Source: Trueperaceae bacterium (GTDB taxonomy: Bacteria > Deinococcota > Deinococci > Deinococcales > Trueperaceae). Taken from it: a stretch of DNA of 64,000 bases. Of this stretch, positions 40,642-49,951 are shown piece after piece (the first letter of the stretch is position 1; every line of letters begins with the position of its first letter). The notes below the pieces were generated by a model. The model was not told where the DNA came from and did not search any database. It worked only from the letters and a program-made list of their open reading frames with translations. The stretch is from positions 96,001 to 160,000 of the forward strand of contig OZ243913.1 in assembly GCA_965213705.1 (NCBI GenBank), read 5' to 3'. The position numbers were made by a program, and so were the translations under genes.

Positions 40642-42450
40642 CTACTGGTTCATCATACTTTCGGGTACCAGCACGCTGTCGATGACGTGGACCACACCGT
40701 CAGAAGCTTCTAGGTCGGCCTCGGTGACTGTAGCTTGACCGTTGTTGACAGAGACGGAACCGTCAGTTTCGACAGCCAGAGTGATGTCGCTGCCCTCGAG
40801 GGTCGCAGCCTGACCGCCACGAACTTCACCGGCGTTTGCACTCGTGTTGCCCGGCTCAGTGCCGACCAAGTCGGCTGCCATCACTTTGCCGGAAACGACG
40901 TGGTAGAGAAGCAAGTTACTGAGCATGTCGGTGTCGCCGAGAATGGTCTCGCGCTCCGCGTCCGGCAGGGCGGCAAAAGCGTCGTCGGTCGGGGCGAACA
41001 AGGTAAAGGGAGCTTGCTGTTGCAAACTGTCCAACAGCCCTGCGTCGGTGATGGCGGTTAACAACGTACCGAAACGGCCGTCGTTGGTCAGCAGTTCGAC
41101 GACGGTGCCGTCGAACATTTGAGCGCCACCGGTCTCGCCCATCATCGCGCCACCCGTTTCAGCGCCCCCGGTTTCAGCCCCAACAACGGCAGCGGTCGCA
41201 CCCGTCACCGCAGCACCCGCCGCGCCCAAGCCCAACAAATCGGGGTTGGCGTCGTACTCTTCCTGAGAAATGTCACCGCTGGCGTCCGCGTCAAGGCTGT
41301 CAAACACGGTGTTGTTATCGAACGCACCACGAGCTTCTTCTTCGCTCAGGTCGCCGCTGGCGTCGGCATCGTAATCGGTGAACGCGCCGCCGAACAAGCC
41401 GGGGTCGGTGTCGTACTCGGCTTGGTCGATGACGCCGTCGGCGTTGGCGTCGTACCTGCTGTAAAGACCCGCGTTGTACTCATCTCGAGTAAGCAGGCCG
41501 TCAGCGTCGGCGTCATAACCACCAAAAGCGCCGGTGTTCGTCGTGGCCGCGTCTGTTGTGACCGCACCGGGGACTGCCGTGCCCGCCGCCCCGAGACCCA
41601 GCAGGTCGCGGTTGGCGTCGTACTCTTCTTGGGAAATGTCACCACTGGCGTCGGCGTCGAGGCTGTCGAACACGCCCGCGTTGTCAAACGCGCCGCGGTA
41701 CTCGTCCTGGTTCAGGTCGCCGCTGGCGTCGGCGTCGTAGTCAGCGAACGCGCCGCCGAACAGGCCGGGGTTGGTGTCGTATTCAGTTTGGTCGATGATG
41801 CCGTCTTGGTTGGCGTCGTAGCGCGTGTAGATGCCGGCGTCGAGTTCGTCTCGGGTAAGAACGCCGTCACCGTTTACATCCAAGTCGACGAAGTTCGCGC
41901 CCGTGGCGGTCGTCACGTCGTCGGTCGCCGCCTCGACGTCACTGAGACCGAGTTGGCCCAGGAGCGCGTCGGACAAAACGAGGTCGCCCACCTGGTTCAA
42001 AACACCATTGGCATAAGTGTTCTCGACGTCGGTCGAAACGAGGTCGGCACCGTTAACTTTCAAACCACCAGCTTCCAAATCAACCTCGAGTGGTTCACCG
42101 TTGAGCGTCACGATGGAGCCTTCCGGGGCGTTGCGCAGGTCCAAGATGCCGTAAGCACCCTCTACAACGTGGGACTGCAGCACGGCCGCGAGCAGCTCGG
42201 GGTTGTCGTTAAGCTGGGCCAGAACATCCGGGTTGAGTTCTTCGAACACGTTGTTGTCGGGCGCGAAGAGGGTGAAAGGGCCGGCTCCCGAAAGCGCCTC
42301 TGTCAAACCGGCCTGGTCGATAAGGCCGACGAGCGTCGAAAACTCTTCGTTGGCGGCTAAGCCCTCCAGGAGGGTGGCGTCTAGGTTGTCTTGTTGGGCA
42401 AAAGATAGCCCAACAAGCAACGCAACAATCAAGGTGGTTAGTTTACGCAC
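40642..42450 (-). CDS. Secreted protein: fasciclin domain, eight EF-hand-like loops, fasciclin domain
   Basis: Signal peptide MRKLTTLIVALLVGLSFA-Q (GTG 42450). FTLFAP twice; LLYHVV and DGVVHVID.VL. Eight DxDxxGxI/LxxxE loops in two duplicated blocks. Confidence 0.85.
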   Translation of the reverse strand: MRKLTTLIVALLVGLSFAQQDNLDATLLEGLAANEEFSTLVGLIDQAGLTEALSGAGPFTLFAPDNNVFEELNPDVLAQLNDNPELLAAVLQSHVVEGAYGILDLRNAPEGSIVTLNGEPLEVDLEAGGLKVNGADLVSTDVENTYANGVLNQVGDLVLSDALLGQLGLSDVEAATDDVTTATGANFVDLDVNGDGVLTRDELDAGIYTRYDANQDGIIDQTEYDTNPGLFGGAFADYDADASGDLNQDEYRGAFDNAGVFDSLDADASGDISQEEYDANRDLLGLGAAGTAVPGAVTTDAATTNTGAFGGYDADADGLLTRDEYNAGLYSRYDANADGVIDQAEYDTDPGLFGGAFTDYDADASGDLSEEEARGAFDNNTVFDSLDADASGDISQEEYDANPDLLGLGAAGAAVTGATAAVVGAETGGAETGGAMMGETGGAQMFDGTVVELLTNDGRFGTLLTAITDAGLLDSLQQQAPFTLFAPTDDAFAALPDAERETILGDTDMLSNLLLYHVVSGKVMAADLVGTEPGNTSANAGEVRGGQAATLEGSDITLAVETDGSVSVNNGQATVTEADLEASDGVVHVIDSVLVPESMMNQ

Positions 42451-43711
42451 GGCTGTTCTCCCTGTCATAGCTGTAACGCACGGCGTCGCTGTAGTCGCTC
42501 CAGGTACCCGGATTGCGCTCTTCCCAACGGCGTTGCGCGTCACTGTGCACGTCGTCCCAGCTCATGCCCTTGGCGTTGTCTTCGTGGGCCAAGCGGCTGC
42601 CGAAGCGGTAAGCGGGCTCGTAGTATTCGTAGTCACGGCCCGAGTTGGCAAACGTCGTGGTGTAGTGGTTGCGGTACTCGTCCATTTCGTTGTCGTAGCC
42701 GGACGCCTGCACGGCGCGGTCACTCATGCCGATGTCCTCGACCTCGACCTCGGTGCGGCGCACGGTGTCACGAACCGTCTCGGTGTGCTCGGTCGCTTCT
42801 TTGTCGATGACCACTTCTTCGACGACTCTTGCCTGCTTGGAGACTACGGCCTCTTCGTGGCTTTCGGTCATCTCGATAGTTTTTTCCTCAAAGGCGTCGT
42901 CGGCGTCGGTGACGGCGCGGTCGACCGGACGGCGCTCGACGTGAACTTCCTCGTCACGCAGGGTGACTTGCTCCTCGACCGGCGTTTCGCGGACGTAGCT
43001 GCGGATGCGCTTGCCGCCCTCTTGGACTTGGCGCTTACCGACTTTGACGTCTTCTTCGACGATGGGAATCGCGTACTTCTCGCGATTGTCCATGACTTGC
43101 TCGGCGGAGTAGGGCTCGGCCTCGCGGTCGAACTCGGTGAAGCCTTCTTCTTTCCAGGCCGCCGCGCGCTCGTCGATGTCGACGGGGTTGTGCATGTTCA
43201 TGATGCGCTCGACGTCGTTGACGCGGTCGTCCTCGACGGTGAGCATCACCAGCGAGCCGCCGCGGCGCACGCCTTCAGAGTAGTAACCGGCTTCTTCTTC
43301 GGGAACGCCGTGGTTGACGAGTGCGCCCATAAGGCCGCCCGCCGCCGCGCCGATGCCCGCGCCGACCAAGGCCGACACGATAGGACCGGCCGCCAGCGCC
43401 GGACCGACGCCCGGAACGGCCAACAGGCCCAAGCCCATAAGTAGTCCGCCCAAACCGCCGATGGTCGCGCCGATGCCTGCGCCCGCCGCGGCACCCTCGC
43501 CCGAGGTCATCTCGTGGTCGTCGTAGTCCGCGTCGTAGTCGATGTCGGTGCGGTGCTGACCTTCTTCGTCGAAGTACTTGCCGTATTCCGCAGCCGACGC
43601 GTTGGCGGTAAAGCTGATTTGGTCGCGCTTGAAGCCGGCGTCGACTAAGTCTTCGACGGTGTCGCGCGCTTGCGAAATGTGGTCGTAAAGTCCTACAACT
43701 GTTTGTGCCAT
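42443..43711 (-). CDS. YsnF/AvaK (DUF2382) stress protein with general-stress 17M-like N-terminus
   Basis: TVVGLYD, GAGIGA...VPGVGP.LAAGP, IPIVEEDVKVGKRQV, VVSKQARVVEEV; GGAGG RBS. Confidence 0.9.
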   Translation of the reverse strand: MAQTVVGLYDHISQARDTVEDLVDAGFKRDQISFTANASAAEYGKYFDEEGQHRTDIDYDADYDDHEMTSGEGAAAGAGIGATIGGLGGLLMGLGLLAVPGVGPALAAGPIVSALVGAGIGAAAGGLMGALVNHGVPEEEAGYYSEGVRRGGSLVMLTVEDDRVNDVERIMNMHNPVDIDERAAAWKEEGFTEFDREAEPYSAEQVMDNREKYAIPIVEEDVKVGKRQVQEGGKRIRSYVRETPVEEQVTLRDEEVHVERRPVDRAVTDADDAFEEKTIEMTESHEEAVVSKQARVVEEVVIDKEATEHTETVRDTVRRTEVEVEDIGMSDRAVQASGYDNEMDEYRNHYTTTFANSGRDYEYYEPAYRFGSRLAHEDNAKGMSWDDVHSDAQRRWEERNPGTWSDYSDAVRYSYDRENSRA

Positions 43712-43779
43712 GTGGTGTTGCCTCCCATAAAGTTAAGTGTGTAAAAGGGGTGTTCGGTCATCGCTGAATGGAGTCGTTG

Positions 43780-44409
43780 TTACTCCTCGTTCGGTGTTAC
43801 ATGACCATCGCCCCCCCCTTTGGTCGTTTGGGTACCCACGGCCCGCGTCGCTGATGCGGGCGTTCTCTCGACTTTGACCTCTTCTTCGCGCAAGGTCACG
43901 GTGTCGGTGTGCGTTCTCGTGGTGCGTTTGCGGGTAATACGGACCTCTTCTTTGAGGTACAGCTGTTTTGTCACGACCACCCGTTCTTCGACGATGGGGA
44001 TAATGGTGACGTCGCCTTCGGTGCGCATTTCGGCTTTGCCCTCGAGCACCCTGCCAACGGGCACGTGCTCGACGCTGACCTCTATGTCTTCCAACTCGAC
44101 ATTGACCGCTTCGGGCCGCTCGCGAACCGCGGTGTAGACACGGACCTGCTCGCTCACGACACGTTTGCCGATGTCCACTTCTTCGTGGACGACCGGGATA
44201 ACCTGTCGCGCCAGGGCCAACTCGCTTAAACTCAGCGGCAGCAAAAAGCTGTCGTCACCCTGCGCGACAAGTGTGTCACGCGGTAACTGGTACTCGTTGC
44301 CTTCAAACTCGACGACCACCATGTGCCCGTCCGCTGCGTCCAGTTCGCCCAACACACGACCCTGCGCACCGGTCTTGTCTACGACGGTAATTTCTCGTAA
44401 GTCAGCCAT
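43780..44409 (-). CDS. YsnF/AvaK (DUF2382) domain protein
   Basis: IPVVHEEVDIGKR, IIPIVEERVVVTKQLYLKEEVRI, VTLREEEVKVER. The ATG overlaps the upstream TGA. Confidence 0.88.
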   Translation of the reverse strand: MADLREITVVDKTGAQGRVLGELDAADGHMVVVEFEGNEYQLPRDTLVAQGDDSFLLPLSLSELALARQVIPVVHEEVDIGKRVVSEQVRVYTAVRERPEAVNVELEDIEVSVEHVPVGRVLEGKAEMRTEGDVTIIPIVEERVVVTKQLYLKEEVRITRKRTTRTHTDTVTLREEEVKVERTPASATRAVGTQTTKGGGDGHVTPNEE

Positions 44410-44546
44410 CAAAAGAGCCAAACCAGCAGCAAAACGATGAGCGCCAGCACGACCAGACTGCTAACGATAATACTTACCGAAGGACCTTTGCGCTCCGGCG
44501 CTTGGTAGGTTTTAACGCCTTTTTTGTCTTCAGGTTTGTTCGCCAT
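44409..44546 (-). CDS. 45-aa single-TM protein, first gene of the YsnF operon
   Basis: Not in the ORF track. GGAGGTG RBS; MANKPEDKKGVKTYQAPERKGPSVSIIVSSLVVLALIVLLLVWLF; TGATG coupling to the next gene. Confidence 0.75.
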   Translation of the reverse strand: MANKPEDKKGVKTYQAPERKGPSVSIIVSSLVVLALIVLLLVWLF

Positions 44547-45037
44547 GCCGACACCTCCCCTTACTTTTTTTGCGGTGTATACGTTTCATGTTCTCGTTTG
44601 TCCCGTCTCTACCTGTCTCAAACTCCTAATCTATGCTTTTGTGACCAACGGGTGTTAAGTGTGGTGCATTTCGCTTTTTTTTTCTGTAGGCCAATCTTCA
44701 AACCCACAAACCAAAGAGACGTTTTTGGTGTGAGTACGAAAGCCGGTCCGACCCCGAACACGTGCGTTTGTCTACAGAAAGTTTGTTTGCAGAAAACTTC
44801 CTACACACCCTATAAGACCAGAAAGGACGAACGACGGGCAAGGCCCTAGCGTCACCCTGTTCTCACACCTCATTACCAGAGAAGCGAGTACCCCGATACC
44901 GACTCCGGTGAAGGAGTCGGTGGTAGGTTGGCGATGAGAAACAATAGGGAGAGCATAGCGAGAAGTGGCCACACGACCGGCGGACTTGAGGATGGCGCCG
45001 CAACTTGGGCCTCTTTTGGTCGGTTTGCGGGCAAGCC

Positions 45038-46108
45038 TCAGGGTCTGCCGGGCAATTCGACCGCTCCGTTCAGCACGTCTTCAACGTAGAGCATCTTGAC
45101 AAGTACCATAGCTACCGCTGCGAGCGGCGTGGCGACTAAAACACCGACAAACCCGAACAGCGCCCCGAGTACAAACACGGCCGTAAGCGACAGGACGGGC
45201 GGCAAGTCTACGGCCTTCTTTTGAACGACCGGCATGATTACGTTGCCCTCGAGCTGCTGAATCACAACGTAAAGGAGCGCCACATAAAGGGCTTGGGTCG
45301 GCCCCTCGGTCAAGGCTAAAAGTACGGCCGGTACCGCCGACAAAATCGGCCCGACGAAGGGGACAAATTCGGAGAGGCCGGCGATAAGACCCAGGACAAA
45401 AGCAAAAGGTACACCCAGCAGCCACAAACCGAGCCAGGTGAGGACGCCGATGAGGGTCATAGAGACCAACTGTCCCAACAACCAGCCCTGAACGGTCCGC
45501 CACAGTTCACTCATGACCTCGCGCACGCGCTCGTGACGAGGTTTGGCAAACAGCTTCACGACGCCGTCGCGGTAAAGGGTTGGATTTACGGCGATAAAAA
45601 GACCGACAAAAAGAAAAAAGATGACGTGTGCCACCCCGTTCCACAAGGTGGAGGCCGTACCGGTAAGGCGGGACACGACGCTGCCGGGACTGACATCGAA
45701 CCTCGAGAGGGAAAATTCGTCGGTTGCGGGCAGCTGCTCGACAAGGCGTTCTCCCCAGGAATACTGAGAAAGAAACCTTTCCACCTGGCTCAGCGAGTCG
45801 GGAAGCGTGTCGGCGAGCTGGGTCGCCTGACCTGCCAGCCTGGGACCGACGAGCCAACCCGCCCCTCCTAACAGCGCCAGCAGCAAGAGTACCGTAACGG
45901 CGAGCCCCCAGCGAGGCGAGAGGGGAAAGTGTCTGCTGAAAAAGTTGCCAAGGGTGCGCAAAAAGACAGCCAACAAGACGCCGGCGAAGATGTAGAGCAA
46001 AATGCTGGCCGCACGCCACGCCAAAAGAGCGAGCCCGAGGACGAGTACGCCCACGGCTACCCCGGCGGTCACACGCCAAAGATAGTCTCCCCGCGCAAGC
46101 TGATTCAT
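45038..46108 (-). CDS. AI-2E family transporter
   Basis: WLLGQL, EFVPFVGP, IQQLEGNVIMP, GALFGFVGVLVATPL. Confidence 0.92.
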   Translation of the reverse strand: MNQLARGDYLWRVTAGVAVGVLVLGLALLAWRAASILLYIFAGVLLAVFLRTLGNFFSRHFPLSPRWGLAVTVLLLLALLGGAGWLVGPRLAGQATQLADTLPDSLSQVERFLSQYSWGERLVEQLPATDEFSLSRFDVSPGSVVSRLTGTASTLWNGVAHVIFFLFVGLFIAVNPTLYRDGVVKLFAKPRHERVREVMSELWRTVQGWLLGQLVSMTLIGVLTWLGLWLLGVPFAFVLGLIAGLSEFVPFVGPILSAVPAVLLALTEGPTQALYVALLYVVIQQLEGNVIMPVVQKKAVDLPPVLSLTAVFVLGALFGFVGVLVATPLAAVAMVLVKMLYVEDVLNGAVELPGRP

Positions 46109-46245
46109 GGTTTAACCCCCCACTGTACCGCTACCATCCTAACAGCAACGCCCAAGCAACGCCCACAGCTCGCCGCGCCTGAGGCGAACATGCTGCTGAT
46201 TCACCAGGTCGACTTACCAGCCCACCGGGCGACGTGGTGGAGCGT

Positions 46246-46875
46246 TTATTCGCCGGAGCGAATATCTGCAAGCGTCTCCGCCTTGAAAGCGAACTTGTAG
46301 AACTCAGCGGTGCAGCCCTGTCCGGTCGGCGACTGAACGAGAAAACCCACCCGCGTCCCGGCCGACGCGTCCAGCGCGAACACCCTGATGAGGTGCCACT
46401 CCGCGCCGTTGAACGAATGGTGAAACGCGTAAGCCCGCCCCACACGCGAAACGCGCAAGTACGTCGCGTTCTCGTCCAAAAACAGCGAGTTGCAGTCGTC
46501 CGAGGTCCCTTTGGTGACCACCGACACGACCAGGGGGAAACCCTGCGGCTCGTATTCAAAACAGAGTTTGGCCCAGCTCTCGGCGCTCTGGTAGACGAGC
46601 AGCACGCCCGCGTCGAAACCGGCTTTGAACGCCACTTTGACCTTGGTACTGAAGACGAAGTCCCCCTCGGGCTCGAACACCAAGGCGGGCGCGTTGTCGA
46701 CCGGTAGCGCTCCCTGCGGGTCGCTGAACAGGTCAGTTTGCCCCGCTGCCGTGACGGTCAGGACTTCGCCGTCGAAGCTCCAGTCTTCAGGGGCCGAGCG
46801 CCAATAAAGCTCGAGCGGGAAAGCGGGCAGCCTGACGGGTTCCGTCGCGCCGTTCGGCGCAGGACTGTTTTTCAT
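46246..46875 (-). CDS. DUF1349 domain protein
   Basis: TDLF.DP, FDAGVL, WAKLCFE, VSVVT.G.SDDCN, QSPTG.GC. ATG at 46875 is 7 nt after TATGAT. Confidence 0.85.
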   Translation of the reverse strand: MKNSPAPNGATEPVRLPAFPLELYWRSAPEDWSFDGEVLTVTAAGQTDLFSDPQGALPVDNAPALVFEPEGDFVFSTKVKVAFKAGFDAGVLLVYQSAESWAKLCFEYEPQGFPLVVSVVTKGTSDDCNSLFLDENATYLRVSRVGRAYAFHHSFNGAEWHLIRVFALDASAGTRVGFLVQSPTGQGCTAEFYKFAFKAETLADIRSGE

Positions 46876-47070
46876 AAAACCTATCATAGCTCGCACCCCA
46901 CCGTGGAACCACGAGGAGCGGCGCAGGGTAGCGGTAATGCGTAGTCGCGTAGTCGTAAAGCGCGAACCGCTCAGCCACGTGCCCACCTCAGCCGCCCGCA
47001 CGCGTCGCCGTAGGGTGAACTAGGTGGGCGTGGTGACACCCTGCCGGAGCAGCCCCGAGGAAGCGCTTTG

Positions 47071-47170
47071 GTGCAGACGTTTCTCAGCAGTCTCGGCATC
47101 GGGCTCAGGACTTATCGTCGCCATCGGGGCGCAAAACGCTTTCGTGTTGCGGCAGGGGTTGAAAAAAGCA
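47071..47170 (+). pseudogene. 5' fragment of a LysE/ArgO amino-acid exporter
   Basis: GLIVAIGAQNAFVLRQGLKK is the ArgO/LysE N-terminal signature. It is out of frame with the GTG at 47071, and similarity stops after about 30 codons. Confidence 0.7.
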
Positions 47171-47271
47171 CGTCGCGGCTGGGGTTGTAGTCTGCGCCCT
47201 GCGCGACTTCAGCCTTGTTTTTACGAAGCCAATCAACTCCAAAAAGCTGCACCACCTCGCATCCTAAGCCG

Positions 47272-47340
47272 AACCAGTGGTTAGAGTAAACCGGTAGTTA
47301 AGTAAACCGGCGGTTAAGTAAGCCGGTGGTTAGGTAAACC
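47272..47340 (+). repeat. 16-bp tandem repeat x4 (gttaagtaaaccggtg-like) just upstream of an RBS
   Basis: aaccagtggttagagtaaaccggtagttaagtaaaccggcggttaagtaagccggtggttaggtaaacc. Confidence 0.85.
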
Positions 47341-47354
47341 AAAGGAGTTCGACC

Positions 47355-48353
47355 ATGCCCACCCTCGCCCTCGTCGGCGCAGCCCACATCCACACGCCCG
47401 ACTTTATCGACCGCCTGAACAAGCGGGACTCGGCACACGTCAAGTACGTCTTCGACCACGACAAAGCCAGGGCCGAAGCCGCCGCCGCCAAGCTCGGCGC
47501 GCAAACCGCCGAAGACGTGGACGCCGTTTGTTCCGACGCCGCTATAGAAGCCGTCGTCGTCTGCACGGAAACGAGCCGCCACGAAGAGGTCGTCATGCGA
47601 GCCGTGCAAGCGGGCAAACACCTGTTCGTCGAAAAACCGCTCGGCTTCGGGGCCGAGGACGCCTACCGGATGGCCCGTGCTGTCGACGACGCCGGCCTCC
47701 TCTTTCAAACGGGTTACTTTATGCGGGGTGAGCCGGTTCACCGCTTTTTGAAACAACAAGTCGAACAAGGCCACTTCGGCAAAATTACCCGCGTCCGCCA
47801 CTCGAACTGTCACGCGGGCGCGCTGGGCGGCTGGTTCGACAAGGATTGGCGTTGGATGGCTGACCCCGCGCGGGCGGGCGTCGGCGCGTTCGGCGACTTG
47901 GGCGCGCACTCGCTCGACATCTTGCTGTGGCTGTTCGGTGAGGTTGAAACCGTGACGGCGAGTATCCGTAGCGTCACAAACCGCTACCAAGGCTGCGACG
48001 AGTCCGGCGAGGGAATGCTGCGTTTCAAAAACGGTGCGGTGGGAACCCTGGCGGCGGGCTGGGTGGACGTGGCCGACCCGGTCAAGCTGCTCGTCAGCGG
48101 CACCGAGGGGCACGCCGTCGTCTTCAACGACACGCTCTACTACAAAAGTGCGCTCGTCGAGGGCGCGGACGGCGCGGCGTGGCGCGACCTGCCGAAAGCG
48201 TTGCCGCACGCCTTCGAGCTGTTTTTGGACGCGTTGGAAGGCAAAGACGCGGCCCTCGTCACGCCCGCGGAAGCCGCCTACCGCAACGCCGTGATGGCGG
48301 CGCTTTACAAAGGCAGCGAGACGACGACCTGGGTCGCGCCCCGCGCTTTTTGA
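47355..48353 (+). CDS. Gfo/Idh/MocA oxidoreductase
   Basis: GKHLFVEKP, GAFGDLGAHSLD; AAGGAG RBS. Confidence 0.92.
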   Translation: MPTLALVGAAHIHTPDFIDRLNKRDSAHVKYVFDHDKARAEAAAAKLGAQTAEDVDAVCSDAAIEAVVVCTETSRHEEVVMRAVQAGKHLFVEKPLGFGAEDAYRMARAVDDAGLLFQTGYFMRGEPVHRFLKQQVEQGHFGKITRVRHSNCHAGALGGWFDKDWRWMADPARAGVGAFGDLGAHSLDILLWLFGEVETVTASIRSVTNRYQGCDESGEGMLRFKNGAVGTLAAGWVDVADPVKLLVSGTEGHAVVFNDTLYYKSALVEGADGAAWRDLPKALPHAFELFLDALEGKDAALVTPAEAAYRNAVMAALYKGSETTTWVAPRAF

Positions 48354-48419
48354 ACTTTGAAAAAGAGGCCGAGACCTCAGCGTTCTTTCGCGCTTCCCAA
48401 ACCGCTTGACCGGAACGCT

Positions 48420-49481
48420 CTAAAGCTCGAGCCGCACCTCCCGCCCTTCTTGCTGACTCTGGTAAACCGCGTCCAGAATTGCCAACACTTGCAACGATTG
48501 CTCGGGCGGCACCGGCGAGGGCCGGCCTTCGGCGAGGGCTCGAGCGAATTCAAAACACTCGAACGCGTGCGGCTCCATCTTGTCGGCAACTACTTCCAAG
48601 GTGCTGTTGTAAAGCTGCCTGGTCCTATAGTTCGAGGTCAGAAACTGCGCCGAGGGCCAGTGACAGCCGCCCTCGGTGCCGTAGAGCCACAGCTGCATGT
48701 CCTCGCTCTGGGTATCGTGGTGCAAGAGCCAACTCACTTCCAACACCAGCGTCGCGCCGTTCTCGAAGCGTACAAAGGCGGCGGCGAACTCTTCGACGTC
48801 CATGTCGGCCGGCATGTCGCCCTGGTGCCAGGCGCTGAACACGCCCTCTTGCCGCGCCAAGTTGCTGCGGGTCACGCCCGAAACGGTCACCGGCCTGGGG
48901 TTGCCCATCATCCACAGCGTCAGGTCGAGAATATGCACGCCGATGTCGATGCAGGCCCCGCCGCCCGAGTTTCTTTTGTAGACAAAGGTCGGCGTGGGGA
49001 TGTAGGCGTTGCGCCGCAACATCCAACCGCGCGCGTGGTACACGTCGCCGAGCATCCCCGCCTCGACCTCGCGCTTGACCGCCTGCGACACGCCCGAAAA
49101 CCGGAAGTGCTGCGCCGTCATCACTTCTTTGCCCGAGGCGTCCCGCGCCGCGATAATTTTTTCGACGTCCCGGGGCGTCGGGGCGAGCGGTTTTTCGCAG
49201 ATGACGTGTTTGCCCGCCTCCAGGGCGGCCACCACCAGCGGCGTGTGGTACATGTTCGGCGTGCAGATGTCTACGACGTCGATGTCGGGGTTTTCAAACA
49301 AGTCTTCGGGACGGGTCGTCAGGTTGCCGACGCCGTACTTCTGGCCCCAAACCTTCAGGGCGGCCTCGCTGAGGTCGGCCCCGGCGACGACTTCGGCGTG
49401 CTCCGACGCCGCCCAACCCGGCATGTGCGTCCGGTTGATACCGCCGACGCCGACCACGCCGACGTTAAGAATTTTGCTCAT
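48420..49481 (-). CDS. Gfo/Idh/MocA oxidoreductase
   Basis: VGVVGVGGI, ICTPN..H, GKHVICEKP, GGGACIDIGVHILD. Confidence 0.93.
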   Translation of the reverse strand: MSKILNVGVVGVGGINRTHMPGWAASEHAEVVAGADLSEAALKVWGQKYGVGNLTTRPEDLFENPDIDVVDICTPNMYHTPLVVAALEAGKHVICEKPLAPTPRDVEKIIAARDASGKEVMTAQHFRFSGVSQAVKREVEAGMLGDVYHARGWMLRRNAYIPTPTFVYKRNSGGGACIDIGVHILDLTLWMMGNPRPVTVSGVTRSNLARQEGVFSAWHQGDMPADMDVEEFAAAFVRFENGATLVLEVSWLLHHDTQSEDMQLWLYGTEGGCHWPSAQFLTSNYRTRQLYNSTLEVVADKMEPHAFECFEFARALAEGRPSPVPPEQSLQVLAILDAVYQSQQEGREVRLEL

Positions 49482-49558
49482 CCACTGACCTCCAGAAACC
49501 ATTTGACCACAGGGACGAATTTCACGTCAGCAATATATTTCTCGCCTTGACCCGAGCC

Positions 49559-49616
49559 TTGACAAACCCACTATCTAGCATTACGATGTACTCAGCTACT
49601 TAGAAACGCTAGGGAG
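49559..49616 (+). promoter_or_regulatory. Promoter with two candidate PadR operators
   Basis: TTGACA(49559-49564)-17-TACGAT(49582-49587). Imperfect palindromes tatctag-N5-cgatgta and tacttag-N5-ctaggga overlap and follow the -10. Confidence 0.65.
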
Positions 49617-49621
49617 ACGAC

Positions 49622-49951
49622 ATGGCGGACAAGAACTTACTTCGCGGCACCCTCGACCTCATCCTGCTGAGCATTTTGGAGGACGCGCCGAAGTACGGCC
49701 TCGAGATTATCGGCGAGGCCAAAACCCGCACCGACGGTTATTTCGAGTTTAGGGAAGGCAGTTTGTACCCGGCGCTGCACAGGCTCGAGAAGGCCAAGCA
49801 CATCAAGGGCGAATTCGCCCCGTCCGACAGCGGCGGGCCGCGGCGGCGCTACTACCACCTGACCGAAGCGGGTCAGAAACAGCTGCAAAAACAGCGCAAA
49901 GAGTTCGAGACGTTCAGCGACAAAGTTCAGGCGCTTTGGGGGACAAGATGA
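49622..49951 (+). CDS. PadR family transcriptional regulator
   Basis: LLRGTLDLILL, YGLEI, EGSLYPALHRLE, RRYYHLTEAG. Confidence 0.95.
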   Translation: MADKNLLRGTLDLILLSILEDAPKYGLEIIGEAKTRTDGYFEFREGSLYPALHRLEKAKHIKGEFAPSDSGGPRRRYYHLTEAGQKQLQKQRKEFETFSDKVQALWGTR

